From Campylobacter phage PC10: a stretch of DNA of 24,000 nucleotides. Positions 1 to 9,333 of this stretch are shown here, piece by piece. Location: the sequence record MZ047271.2. One strand, 5' to 3'. Numbering within the stretch: position 1 is the first letter of the stretch; the number at the start of each line of letters is the position of its first letter. Under the pieces are notes generated by a model. That model saw only the letters and a list, made by a program, of their open reading frames with translations, was not told where the DNA came from and searched no databases. A program made the position numbers and the translations under genes.

Positions 1-2146
1 CTGCCAGTTTTTGATTGGCGATTTCTTTTTCTTTTTTTAATCTTTGCTCTTCTTGTTTATTTATATATTCTTCATAATGCGTTCTTTGAGCTACTAAAGC
101 GTTATATTGCTCTAATTTTGCTAAGTCTTTATTCCAATTTGCATTATTCGTGATTTGTTGTATGGTTTCGCTGATAAGCTCATATTGTTTTCTTAAATTT
201 TCGGCTTGTTCTTCTGTGCTTTGCGGTATCCTTAAAGCTTTCAAACTTTCCATGGCTTTGCTAACACTAGCAGGGAGATTATCAATAGCTTCTAGTTTAA
301 ATTCTTGCTCCTTTGCTTTTTTGGTGGCTTCTTCGGCTAGTTTTAAATTTGCCTGTATTTGTTCGTAAGCTTTTCTAGCTTCTTTATTCATTTTTAGCTG
401 TTTTCCGGTAACACTTTCAAACATATAATCAGTGCCTTTTAAAACACTTTCTACACCTTCTTTTATATGCCAAAAATCTAATTTTGATGTGATTTGAGCT
501 CCCAAAACACTTCCATTTGCTTCTAAGGCATCCATTTGACTTTTAAGATTTTTAACATACTCATCTAATTCTTTTGAACTTTTGTTTTCTAGCTTTCTTT
601 TTGATGTTTTTTCTAAAGCTTTGTCAAAATTATCCCAATTCGTATAAAGCTTTTCTATAAAAGTCATCAAAGCTATAAGCCCAGCAGTTGGAGCTAAAGC
701 CTTTGTAAAATTTAAAGCAGAATTTGCTAAATTACTCATAGTGCCTTTTATGGTGCTTAACAAGGGATTTCTTTTTATTATATTTTGATTAATAAGTGCT
801 TCATTGTCTATAATTTCTTTTTGCAATCTTTTTATTTCACTTCTTGCACCTTGTTCGATTAGCAAAGCTTCCCTTCCTATCATTACACCGCTTAAATTTT
901 TAGTTCCATCTTTATTTATCGATCCTAAGTCTATTTTATTATTGTATTTTGCATAATTAGCTAAATCTGGCATTAAGGCTTTAAGCTTTTCTAAGTCGTT
1001 TTTAGCTTCTTTAAGACCTTGAAGTTGAATTTTTAAATTCTCATTTTTCTTTATAAGTTCAAGGCTTGTTTTTTGCTTTTCTACTAAATCATCATAATCT
1101 TTTTTAACATTCTTAATACCATTACTAAAACTTGTAAAAAAAGATGAATTCTTAAAAGAATTAAAACTTTTAAAAGCTACATAAGCAAGTCCTGCACCAA
1201 TAGCCAAATCTTTAAAAGAAGTAGCAAATTCGGTAATAGCTTTAATGCCCGCTTTAATTTCTTTTTCATTATCTTTAATATAAGTGTTTATATCTATAAG
1301 GGAGCTTTTAAGAGTATCAAAAATAGGTTTTGAAATTTCAGCTTGTAACATTTGCATATTAGCTTCAAATTTTTGCATTTGCTTTTCATAGGTTTGCGTT
1401 GTGTAGTCTGTATATTTTGTTAACTCTTTGGTTTTTTCTATAAATAAATCAAAAAGCTTACCATTTTTCTTTGCTTCGCTCATAGCATCATTTGTAATAC
1501 CTAAACTTTCAGCAAATCTTCTTAAATCTCCACTTGCGCTAAATGCCCCAGCTCCTAAACTATCCATAGTAATTGAAAGTTGATTAGCACTCATGGAAGT
1601 ATTTGAGGTTGCTATCATAATACTTTCAAAAGCTTTTTTAGCTTCATCAAAGCTCATATTATTTAAAGCTGTGGAGGCAAAAGATTGAAACATACTTGAT
1701 AAATCCTGCAAAGAATAGCCTGTTTTAGTATGCAAATCATTAAAATCTTTAAACGTTTTTTCACTGCTTTTTGTAGCGGCTTTCCATTTTTCAAGTTGTG
1801 ATATCGCTTTTCCTGTGGTATCAATATTTGAATGCGTGGTGGCTGTTATAAAAGCAAGTTGAGTTTTTGCAGTCTCAAAACTTTTACTTGCTTCTATAAA
1901 AGAGCTACCAAAATTTTTTATATCAAGTGCTAAAGTTTTATAACCCTGATAAGCTTGTGTTAAATGGGCGTTCATGTCAATTACGCTTTTTGAAAGTCCT
2001 AAAAAGCTCTTTTCTATATCTTTTATGTATTTATTTGTCGCTTGTGTAACATTTCCTAATTGATTAAAACTTTTATTTAAACCTCCAATACTCGCCACAC
2101 CGCTATTTGTATCTACGCTAACGCCGATTTTAACATTTTTAGCCAT
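1..2146 (-). CDS. phage tail tape measure protein (partial, runs off left edge)
   Basis: Continuous minus-strand reading frame from ATG at 2146 (MAKNVKIGVSVDTNSGVASIGGLNKSFNQL...), long and helical/coiled-coil, located after tail chaperones. Absent from the supplied ORF track, probably because it is incomplete. Confidence 0.85.
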   Translation of the reverse strand, partial: MAKNVKIGVSVDTNSGVASIGGLNKSFNQLGNVTQATNKYIKDIEKSFLGLSKSVIDMNAHLTQAYQGYKTLALDIKNFGSSFIEASKSFETAKTQLAFITATTHSNIDTTGKAISQLEKWKAATKSSEKTFKDFNDLHTKTGYSLQDLSSMFQSFASTALNNMSFDEAKKAFESIMIATSNTSMSANQLSITMDSLGAGAFSASGDLRRFAESLGITNDAMSEAKKNGKLFDLFIEKTKELTKYTDYTTQTYEKQMQKFEANMQMLQAEISKPIFDTLKSSLIDINTYIKDNEKEIKAGIKAITEFATSFKDLAIGAGLAYVAFKSFNSFKNSSFFTSFSNGIKNVKKDYDDLVEKQKTSLELIKKNENLKIQLQGLKEAKNDLEKLKALMPDLANYAKYNNKIDLGSINKDGTKNLSGVMIGREALLIEQGARSEIKRLQKEIIDNEALINQNIIKRNPLLSTIKGTMSNLANSALNFTKALAPTAGLIALMTFIEKLYTNWDNFDKALEKTSKRKLENKSSKELDEYVKNLKSQMDALEANGSVLGAQITSKLDFWHIKEGVESVLKGTDYMFESVTGKQLKMNKEARKAYEQIQANLKLAEEATKKAKEQEFKLEAIDNLPASVSKAMESLKALRIPQSTEEQAENLRKQYELISETIQQITNNANWNKDLAKLEQYNALVAQRTHYEEYINKQEEQRLKKEKEIANQKLA

Positions 2147-2205
2147 TTATGTTCCTTTTAGTTTTTTTGAGTAGAATTTAAGATAAAAAATGGAGTTTTT
2201 AAATT

Positions 2206-2544
2206 ATGTTTTTTCCATATATAGAGCTTAATTTTTTTGCTTTTGTTTTTATTTGTTTTGTCTTTTTTCTGATGTGGAGCAAAAGCCAAAAAATATTTAA
2301 AAATGAAAAATTTCTTAATGATTATAAAAGTTGCGAAAAAGAGCTTATCGCCTTTAAAGAAGCTCATGAAAATTTCATAAAAACAAAGCAAGGTAAAAGT
2401 GTGCTTATGAGTGCTTTTGCTTTGGAATTTGCTATCAAAAATAATGCTTTTGGCGATGATTATACAAAAGAATTTAAGCAAATTTTGCAAAATTATCCAA
2501 ACGAAAAAGAATTCAATATAGAAATAAATCATCATCTATCCTAA
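2206..2544 (+). CDS. small membrane-anchored protein on the opposite strand within the tail gene block (possible moron)
   Basis: 112-aa ORF with one N-terminal TM segment and a soluble charged domain; GGAG at 2192-2195; TAGAAT at 2172-2177 after a T-tract. Confidence 0.6.
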   Translation: MFFPYIELNFFAFVFICFVFFLMWSKSQKIFKNEKFLNDYKSCEKELIAFKEAHENFIKTKQGKSVLMSAFALEFAIKNNAFGDDYTKEFKQILQNYPNEKEFNIEINHHLS

Positions 2545-3188
2545 AAGACTTAAAAAGTCATCTTGTAATTTTTTAATATCGATTTTTTGATTTTCGTTAG
2601 TATTTTGCTTAGTATGTTTTAAATGAGAGCATAATAAAAAGTCTTCATTAGTCGATTTTACACCCATAAAAGAAGCTAACATATTAAGTAAAATACTCAT
2701 TTGCATTTCGTTTCTATCACTTGCTAAAGGCTCGGTGCTTAAGAAATACATCCACTCGTTAAACTCACTTTGTGTTATACTTTGTTCTAACTCGCCTATG
2801 GTTTTTCCTAATGCAAGGGCAAGGCGATAAATTAATCGCCCTTGCTCTCTTGCTTTGGGACTTCATTTGTGAATTTTAAAATTTCGTCTGCGACTTTTGC
2901 GATAATGTTTAAACCCTCTTGATTGAGATTATCAAAGGTTTTTTCATCGATTTTTGGAGCTACTAAACACTTTAAGATGATTTCTTTTCTAAAATTTGAA
3001 TTCTTCTTGATAAAATCGATGCTGATTTTATCATCTTTATTTTCTTGTATTTCTATGCCATTTTTTTCCATAATCTCTAATTGTTCGAGCATAGAAAGTT
3101 GGCGAATTGTGAATTTTTCATCAATACCTTCGATTAAAATTTCTTTTTCTCTTAAAGAATGTTGTTTTAAAAAGTCATTGAATTTCAT
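2536..3188 (-). CDS. frameshifted tail assembly chaperone fusion (G-GT-like), about 217 aa
   Basis: Upstream ORF 2832-3188 plus -1 frame ORF open from 2853 to 2536 (AREQGRLIYRLALALGKTIGELEQSITQSEFNEWMYFL...). Slippery CCCAAAG at 2859-2853. Confidence 0.75.
2819..2859 (-). promoter_or_regulatory. programmed -1 ribosomal frameshift signal
   Basis: CCCAAAG (C CCA AAG in zero frame), 7-nt spacer, then GCAAGGGCGAT/ATCGCCTTGC stem (one bulged G) with TAATTT loop. Confidence 0.8.
2832..3188 (-). CDS. tail assembly chaperone, unshifted product
   Basis: 118-aa ORF between tail tube and tape measure genes, ending inside the frameshift stem-loop. Confidence 0.75.
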   Translation of the reverse strand: MKFNDFLKQHSLREKEILIEGIDEKFTIRQLSMLEQLEIMEKNGIEIQENKDDKISIDFIKKNSNFRKEIILKCLVAPKIDEKTFDNLNQEGLNIIAKVADEILKFTNEVPKQESKGD

Positions 3189-4165
3189 TTTTTACCTCCT
3201 TTTCTTAAAGCATCACTAAATTTTCCATTTAAAAAAGTTTGCATTGTGGCTTCACTCGCTATGCCTGAGCTTTGATCTATGGTGTATTTTTTGCGAATAT
3301 CTTCATTTGCAGGATAAAGAAGTGTTAAGGCGTTTGGATAAAAATATAATGTTTTTCCTTTTAATTCCTCATAAGTCTGCCCTTGTTCTGGTTCGGTTTT
3401 GCTTTCATGGATAATATTTTCATCATTTTCTTTTTCCCAAACTTTATCAGCTTCTTTTGTGGTTATAAATTCATTGTTTTCATTAAAAGTTTGTGTGCTA
3501 GGATTTGGTATAACACCTCGCACCTCATCAAAAACATAAACCATTCTTTCATCGTTTAATTCTGGTTTTTCAAGTGTGCTTTCTTTTGGGTAAAAATAAA
3601 TAATTTTACCTTTTTTATCACTCATCACATCGCCCACATTTAAAGCTTTTGTAGTGTGTTCTATATTTTGACTTTCTTCAAATCTAAAAGGTGTGATGTC
3701 TTTAGCTTCGCCGATTTTTTCTGCTGTGATATTTGCACTGAATTTATTATTTGCTTCGCTTTGAAGTTCAAAGCCTGTTAATTTCATTTTGATTTTAAGC
3801 GTGGTTTTTCTCTCATCATTAATCTCTACGATGATAAAAACTTCTTCATTTTCTTCAAAAGCTTTTTCTAGATAATTTACACCTTCATAACTTTCTAAAT
3901 TACCATCTTTAACAAATTTATAAAGTAAATTCATATTTACAGTAGCTGAAGTTTTTTTGCCTACTGCGTTGATTTCTTCATAATCTCTATCGTTGATTGG
4001 GCTTAGTTTTTGACTTTCTCTAGTTCCACCTTTAAGACCTGAAATACTTGTTAAAAATCCTGCTTGAATAGCTTCTTTTCCTAAACTTTCCATAGCACGA
4101 GATAAAACTAAAACTCTAAGCCCTTGCACATCAGGGGCATCTGTAATTATTTTGTCTTTTGACAT
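3185..4165 (-). CDS. probable phage major tail (tube) protein
   Basis: 326-aa ORF, position directly upstream of tail chaperones, its own late-type promoter. Confidence 0.6.
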   Translation of the reverse strand: MSKDKIITDAPDVQGLRVLVLSRAMESLGKEAIQAGFLTSISGLKGGTRESQKLSPINDRDYEEINAVGKKTSATVNMNLLYKFVKDGNLESYEGVNYLEKAFEENEEVFIIVEINDERKTTLKIKMKLTGFELQSEANNKFSANITAEKIGEAKDITPFRFEESQNIEHTTKALNVGDVMSDKKGKIIYFYPKESTLEKPELNDERMVYVFDEVRGVIPNPSTQTFNENNEFITTKEADKVWEKENDENIIHESKTEPEQGQTYEELKGKTLYFYPNALTLLYPANEDIRKKYTIDQSSGIASEATMQTFLNGKFSDALRKGGKK

Positions 4166-4195
4166 CTTTTCTCCTTATATAAGTAATGTAAGGAG

Positions 4196-4228
4196 ATTTT
4201 ATAAAAAGTTTAAGGCGTTAAAATGCGT
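4196..4228 (-). promoter_or_regulatory. late-promoter-like element (site C)
   Basis: Minus strand ACGCATTTTAACGCC - 12 nt - TAAAAT, upstream of the start at 4165. Confidence 0.65.
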
Positions 4229-4336
4229 ATTAAGAGATATTTTTCATAAAACTATATTTTTGTATTTTATTTTCTAATTTTTTGTTGATGAAAAATTAAC
4301 TATTCTTTGTCTTGAAGTAGGACATAGAAAAGAAAT

Positions 4337-4687
4337 TTATAAACGATAAGTGATAAAAATCTCACTCGTAAAAAATCCACTCTCTTCATCTTTATCTTCT
4401 CCATGTATTAAAATTTCAATAGGTTTTTTATAAAATTTTAAAATAAAACTTTCAATTTTGCTTTTTAACTCTCTTAAATCTTTGTATTTTGGAGTATAAA
4501 GGCTCAAATTAATTTCTAATTCTTTGCTTAAGATTTTATCATCTATACTTAAATTTAATTCTTCGCTTGTGATTTCATAAATTAAAAATGCTTTTTCTAG
4601 CTTTGTTTTTTGCCTTGAAAGTGGGTAAATTTCTATATTTAATTCCTTGCTTAGTCCCATTAAAAAATCGCTTAAAAATTCCTTCAT
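4337..4687 (-). CDS. tail completion / minor tail protein-like
   Basis: 116-aa ORF between gp10-like and tail tube genes; synteny. Confidence 0.5.
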   Translation of the reverse strand: MKEFLSDFLMGLSKELNIEIYPLSRQKTKLEKAFLIYEITSEELNLSIDDKILSKELEINLSLYTPKYKDLRELKSKIESFILKFYKKPIEILIHGEDKDEESGFFTSEIFITYRL

Positions 4688-5230
4688 TTAAAATCCTAAT
4701 TTGTCTAACTCAGTATTTAGTTTTGTTGTAACCAAGCTTTGTATTTTTGGGTCTATTTTCTCTTTTGCTTTTTGCATGGTATAAGTGCCTTTTACAAAAG
4801 TGTTTTTTCCGCTTATATTTGGTTTTCCTTTTGCACTTTTTTTCACTCCGCCTTTATGAAAAAATCCATACTCTATAAAATGAGCATAATACGCACTCGC
4901 AAAATAATCCATTCTTTGTTTTCTCTCATTTTTCTTTGCTTGTGTCCATTTTTTAGCATTTTTTAATTTTTCAAATCTTTTTATACCTACTTTTTTCATT
5001 CTAAAAACAACCGAAGCAGCACGATAAACACCTTTTTCTAAAGTATAACTAGAAACTGCCTTAACACTTTGCTTTAAAAGTCCGCTTTGTTTAGGAATAT
5101 TCTTTTTATAATCATTTGTGATTTCTTTTGCTACTTCTAAAGCTCCTTTTTTAGCCGCATTTGGCAAAGCTTTTTTACTTATGCTTTGCAAATCTTTCAT
5201 TAATTCGTTCAAGCCTTTTACTTCTATCAT
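4688..5230 (-). CDS. HK97gp10-like head-tail connector (neck) protein
   Basis: MIEVKGLNELMKDLQSISKKALPNAAKKGALEVAKEI...KKNIPKQSGLLKQSV...YAHFIEYGF is characteristic of gp10-like proteins. Confidence 0.8.
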   Translation of the reverse strand: MIEVKGLNELMKDLQSISKKALPNAAKKGALEVAKEITNDYKKNIPKQSGLLKQSVKAVSSYTLEKGVYRAASVVFRMKKVGIKRFEKLKNAKKWTQAKKNERKQRMDYFASAYYAHFIEYGFFHKGGVKKSAKGKPNISGKNTFVKGTYTMQKAKEKIDPKIQSLVTTKLNTELDKLGF

Positions 5231-6399
5231 TGATTGCCTTTTTGTGTGTCTTTTTCATCTATTTTGGCAAGATTAAGCGGTATTAAATGATCGTTTCCAT
5301 TATCAATTGGGTTCATTTCTTCCAAGGCTCTTACTTCGTTTATACTCATCACGCCATTACTTAAAGCTTTTACATAGCTTTCCCACCTTGAAGAACTATC
5401 AGCTCTTAAAATAGCGTTGATATTGAATTTAAAATAAAATTCTTTTCTTTCATTTTGGTTTAATAAAAAGCGATTTAGGGCTTGTTCGATTTTAGTTGTT
5501 AGAGGTGTTATGGTTTGCACCATATAATTTGTCTCTTGTTGTTCGATATTTGAAAAAGTCGCACGACTTAAATCTCCAAGTTTGTGCGGTGGGATATTAA
5601 AAAGTCTTGCGATTTCTATCACTTGAAATTGTTTGCTTTCTAAAAACTGGCTATTTTTATTCGCACTTGTAGTTTGTGCATAACTTGCTCCACCCTCTAA
5701 AATAGAAATATTATAAGCTTTTTTTTGGCTATAATTTTCTTTAAAGGATTGTTTTAATCTCGAATATGCCTCTTCGCTTAATTCATTTGGTACAGATATA
5801 ACGCCACTTGTAAAACTTCCATTTTTAAAAAAGCTAAGTCCGTGCTGTTCTATAGCTGTTGCAAGTTCTGTGGTATTTTTGCTTTTTCTAAGCGGTGCGA
5901 TACCTTTTACTCCATCTTTAGTATGATAAGGCACATTTAAAACCTCATCATAATTTAAAACAATACTGCCATTTTTTGAGTAAGCTTGATAAAAATACTT
6001 TCCATTCATTTTAAAGATATTAATGTCTTTATTTTCTATGAGTTCTATAGAATTAATCACCCCGTTTCTTTTTTTAACAGGATATAAAAAACCATTGCCA
6101 TAAATTAGCATTTGTACCATAAAAGCCTCAAAGAGTGTAAAAGGTGTCATTGTTTCATTTGGTGCGATTTTGATGAGTTCATATAAGGGGTGATTAGAGG
6201 CTAGTTTTGATCCATCAGTTGTTCTTTGATATAAATTTAATGGCAAAGATGCTATGGTCTCGCTAATATTTGAGATTGCGGCAATTACTGCTGAAAGCTC
6301 CTCAGCTTTTATTTTATCTTCTAATAAAATTTCTAAGCTATTAACAAATTCATTATTTCGTGCTTTTTTTGTAAATAATGATCTTATTTTATTGAACAT
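5227..6399 (-). CDS. phage portal protein, HK97 family
   Basis: YGNGFLYPVKKRNGVINSIELI..., NIPPHKLGDLSRATFSNIEQQ motif. Confidence 0.92.
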   Translation of the reverse strand: MFNKIRSLFTKKARNNEFVNSLEILLEDKIKAEELSAVIAAISNISETIASLPLNLYQRTTDGSKLASNHPLYELIKIAPNETMTPFTLFEAFMVQMLIYGNGFLYPVKKRNGVINSIELIENKDINIFKMNGKYFYQAYSKNGSIVLNYDEVLNVPYHTKDGVKGIAPLRKSKNTTELATAIEQHGLSFFKNGSFTSGVISVPNELSEEAYSRLKQSFKENYSQKKAYNISILEGGASYAQTTSANKNSQFLESKQFQVIEIARLFNIPPHKLGDLSRATFSNIEQQETNYMVQTITPLTTKIEQALNRFLLNQNERKEFYFKFNINAILRADSSSRWESYVKALSNGVMSINEVRALEEMNPIDNGNDHLIPLNLAKIDEKDTQKGNQ

Positions 6400-6421
6400 G
6401 CAAAACCTTTATTTTTTACTT

Positions 6422-6454
6422 ATTTTAAAAAAAGTTTGAGGCGTTAAAGTGCGT
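6422..6454 (-). promoter_or_regulatory. late-promoter-like element (site B)
   Basis: Minus strand ACGCACTTTAACGCC - 12 nt - TAAAAT, upstream of portal start 6399. Confidence 0.65.
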
Positions 6455-6482
6455 TTTATAAAAAAAATGATATAATTTCTCA

Positions 6483-6600
6483 GTGATCATAAGAATTGTA
6501 AAACTTTAAAAGTAGGTTTTAGACTTCTTCTGATAAGGAGAGTTGGCTCATTTACGAGTTACCCCGCCCTGTGCGGGGATATTATTTTCTTTGTTATTTT
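6483..6600 (+). ncRNA. candidate small RNA convergent with PemK/MazF-like toxin
   Basis: Extended -10 TGATATAAT (6468-6476), multiple short stems, GC hairpin CCCCGC-cctgt-GCGGGG (6562-6578) followed by a T-rich tract; 3' end overlaps the toxin 3' end in antisense. End is approximate. Confidence 0.4.
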
Positions 6601-6993
6601 TTCTCTAATTGTTTCTAAATCTTCTTTTTTGATTTTTCCATTATAATAACTTATTATTCTTTTAGTATCAAAGGTTCTTACTTGTGATAATAGAGCTACT
6701 TGCTTTCTGTTTTTACTATCTGTGAAGTGATGATAAAGAAAACCTGTTTTATTTTCTATTTTGCTTGTTAATGGAACGCCAACAAAAAGATTAACATAAT
6801 CCTCAATGTATATTTTGTTTAAAACTAAAACCGGTCTTTTGAAGTCATTATGTTTTCCATAAACTTCACTGCCTATATTTTGTCCTATGCTAACCCAATA
6901 AATCTTACCTATGCTTATTATTTTATTTTCTTTTATTTGTAGTTTTTTCTTTTCATTATTCCATTTATCAAATTTATCATTACAATTTATCAA
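6559..6993 (-). CDS. PemK/MazF-like toxin (endoribonuclease fold)
   Basis: GKIYWVSIGQNIGSEVYGKHNDFKRPVLVLNK..., VGVPLTSK, ALLSQVRTFDTKRI, all typical of PemK/MazF. No protein antitoxin ORF is adjacent. Confidence 0.8.
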   Translation of the reverse strand: MINCNDKFDKWNNEKKKLQIKENKIISIGKIYWVSIGQNIGSEVYGKHNDFKRPVLVLNKIYIEDYVNLFVGVPLTSKIENKTGFLYHHFTDSKNRKQVALLSQVRTFDTKRIISYYNGKIKKEDLETIREKITKKIISPHRAG

Positions 6994-7047
6994 AAAAACT
7001 CCTTGAAAAATATAATTTTACTCATTTTTACTTCTAAATTTATTAAG

Positions 7048-8673
7048 CTATAAAAACCTTATACCTCTTTTTTCATAAACATTGATTTTTGGTTTTTCTA
7101 TGCTGTTTTTAGTGGCGATTGCAGTGACTAAAGCCGAAATTGCATCTATCCTTTCACTTGATTTTTTCTTATCAGGCTTTATGTTTTCTCTTGCATCTTG
7201 ATCAATAACTAAATTTGAATTACACCATCTAAAAATAGGATTGTTATTGTGATTTAAAGTTTGTTTTAAAACTCTGATTTGGTATTCTTTTAAAGGTTCG
7301 CTAATACTTGCAAAACCTTGTCTAATCTGAACGCACTCTATATTTTCATCGCTTAACTTTTTGGCTACTTCTAAACTATTCCATGGATCATAACCTATCA
7401 TTTTGATATTTAATTTTTTATTTAGAGCTAAGATATCGTTAATTAAATAGTCATAATCAACACTATTACCTGGCGTTAGAGTTAAAAAGCCAAGTTTTGC
7501 CCATTCTAAATAAGGCACTTTATCTCTTTTACTTCTCTCTCTTGCACTAAGTTCTGGTGCATAAAATTTAAAATCCACATGTAAGATTTTATCCACTTCG
7601 CAAATTAAAGCTAAAGCAGTTAAATCAGTAGTAGCAGATAGATCAAGTCCAACATAAACATCGCCTTTTAAATCAAGATCTTTAAAACTGCATTTTAAAA
7701 AATCATCATCTTTTATAAAAGAAGTAGCATTTGAAGTCCATATATTTAAATGTTTTGTTTTAAAACTCACCTCATCATTTGCGTTTGCTAAAGCTTTTTG
7801 ATAATATTCTCTTAATTTTTCAAGCTTTACGCCATAACCCAAAGCAGGATTAACTTTGATCCAAGTTTTTTCATCGTTCCAATCATCATCAGCATCAGGC
7901 TCATAAATCTTTGCATAAGTTGATGGGTCGTTTATAATGCCATTTTTAACTTGTTTGCAATAATCATATTGCTTTTTCATCTCTCCAAAATGATTATATC
8001 CTGCTGTTGAAATGACTATACATAAAGAATTTACACGACTTGCCGTTCCTTCTTCTAAAACCTTATATAAATCCCCATTTTTAGCAGCGTGAAGCTCATC
8101 GTAAATAAAAACATAAGGTCTTAAGCCGTCTTTTGTCTCGCTTGTAGCCGTTAAAACCTTGATAAAATCTTCAAATTTAGCGTTTTTTTTGCGTATTTCT
8201 CTATAGGTTTTATATTGATAGCACATTTTATTTAATTCTTCTTCTTGGCTTACCATAGATGAAGCAGCATTAAAAACTAATTTTGCTTGTTCGGTTTCAT
8301 TTGCGGCACAATATATTTTTTTACCCTTTTCTTTATCAATAAATAAAAAATAAAGCAAAATAGCTCCGATTAACTCGGTTTTACCATTTTTTCTTGGGAT
8401 AAAAAGCAAAGCGTAAGAGTATCTTCTGGCGTTTTTTTCCTTAGAATAAGTGGCGATGATATCGATGATAAACTCGATTTGAAAATTTAAAAGCTGAAAG
8501 GGCTTACCGGCTAATTCGCCATCGGTGTGCTTTAAAAGAGAGATAAACAAAACCGCTTTTTTAGCTATTTTCTCATCAATATAAAAGGGCGAGTTTTCAA
8601 ATTCTTTGTTTTTTTGTTTAATATAAGCTAAAGCGTAATTTAATATATCTTCTCTTGCTCTTAATTTATCCAT
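7048..8673 (-). CDS. terminase large subunit (Terminase_1/HK97-like)
   Basis: Walker A-like FIPRKNGKTELIGA, Walker B VFIYDELHAAKN, GLDLSATTDLTAL nuclease motif. Confidence 0.93.
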   Translation of the reverse strand: MDKLRAREDILNYALAYIKQKNKEFENSPFYIDEKIAKKAVLFISLLKHTDGELAGKPFQLLNFQIEFIIDIIATYSKEKNARRYSYALLFIPRKNGKTELIGAILLYFLFIDKEKGKKIYCAANETEQAKLVFNAASSMVSQEEELNKMCYQYKTYREIRKKNAKFEDFIKVLTATSETKDGLRPYVFIYDELHAAKNGDLYKVLEEGTASRVNSLCIVISTAGYNHFGEMKKQYDYCKQVKNGIINDPSTYAKIYEPDADDDWNDEKTWIKVNPALGYGVKLEKLREYYQKALANANDEVSFKTKHLNIWTSNATSFIKDDDFLKCSFKDLDLKGDVYVGLDLSATTDLTALALICEVDKILHVDFKFYAPELSARERSKRDKVPYLEWAKLGFLTLTPGNSVDYDYLINDILALNKKLNIKMIGYDPWNSLEVAKKLSDENIECVQIRQGFASISEPLKEYQIRVLKQTLNHNNNPIFRWCNSNLVIDQDARENIKPDKKKSSERIDAISALVTAIATKNSIEKPKINVYEKRGIRFL

Positions 8674-8676
8674 AAT

Positions 8677-9312
8677 TTAACTTTCATCTTCTAAAAGCAC
8701 ATCAAAAGCTGATTTTTCTTTTTTATCTTTTAAATTTAGCCTTGCACGATTTGGAGAGCCTATGCCTAAAACTTTTGCTAAGCCTATAATATTTTTAGTC
8801 AAAGAATTAAAAGCTATAAGTTCAGGCGTTACAATAGGCGTTCCTTTATCTGTGCTTGTTGTAAAACCTTTTTTCTCCATTTCCTTGCTTGTGCATTCTA
8901 AAAAAATGAGATTTTTAACATAAGTTTTAATAATATCATTTTCTAAAGGATTATAAATGCCTAAATTTTCTAAATCTTTGATAGTTTTTTGTGTGAGTTC
9001 TTGCTCTATGGTTTCTAAATTTAAAGGCTTAAAATCATCTTGCGTTTGTATTTGTTCTGTTTTATTTGCCTTTGGCTTTTCTTTTATCGAATTTTCATCA
9101 ATATACAAAATAACTTCGTTTTGTTTAGAATTGTAATGATTTTCATCTTGTCTTTTTTTAGCAAGTCTTAAAATTTCATCTTTTGGATAGGGTTTAGTTT
9201 TTCCTTTTAATACTTTTATGCCATTTTTCTTTAAATATCTACTCAAATAGATTTTAGAATTAATGTTTAAAATTTGCAAAACCTCATCAATGTTTAAAAA
9301 TTCTTTTTGCAT
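8677..9312 (-). CDS. terminase small subunit (P27-like) with HTH-like N-terminus
   Basis: Directly upstream of the large terminase; C-terminal LAKVLGIGSPNRARLNLK typical of P27 family. Confidence 0.75.
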   Translation of the reverse strand: MQKEFLNIDEVLQILNINSKIYLSRYLKKNGIKVLKGKTKPYPKDEILRLAKKRQDENHYNSKQNEVILYIDENSIKEKPKANKTEQIQTQDDFKPLNLETIEQELTQKTIKDLENLGIYNPLENDIIKTYVKNLIFLECTSKEMEKKGFTTSTDKGTPIVTPELIAFNSLTKNIIGLAKVLGIGSPNRARLNLKDKKEKSAFDVLLEDES

Positions 9313-9333
9313 TAAACGCCTTTTTTTATTTGT

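Noticed and set aside
150-368. Plus-strand ORF MICCMVSLISSYCF...
   Set aside because: Lies antisense within the long tape measure frame; composition typical of a spurious reverse-strand ORF.
2158-2535. Minus-strand 125-aa ORF opposite 2206-2544
   Set aside because: Low-complexity F/I/K composition typical of antisense ORFs; the plus-strand ORF has better start signals and protein-like content.
2923-3219. Plus-strand ORF antisense to tail chaperone
   Set aside because: Antisense to a well-supported CDS; no RBS or family signal.
4739-6439. Plus-strand ORFs 4739-4966 and 6254-6439
   Set aside because: Antisense to gp10-like and portal genes.
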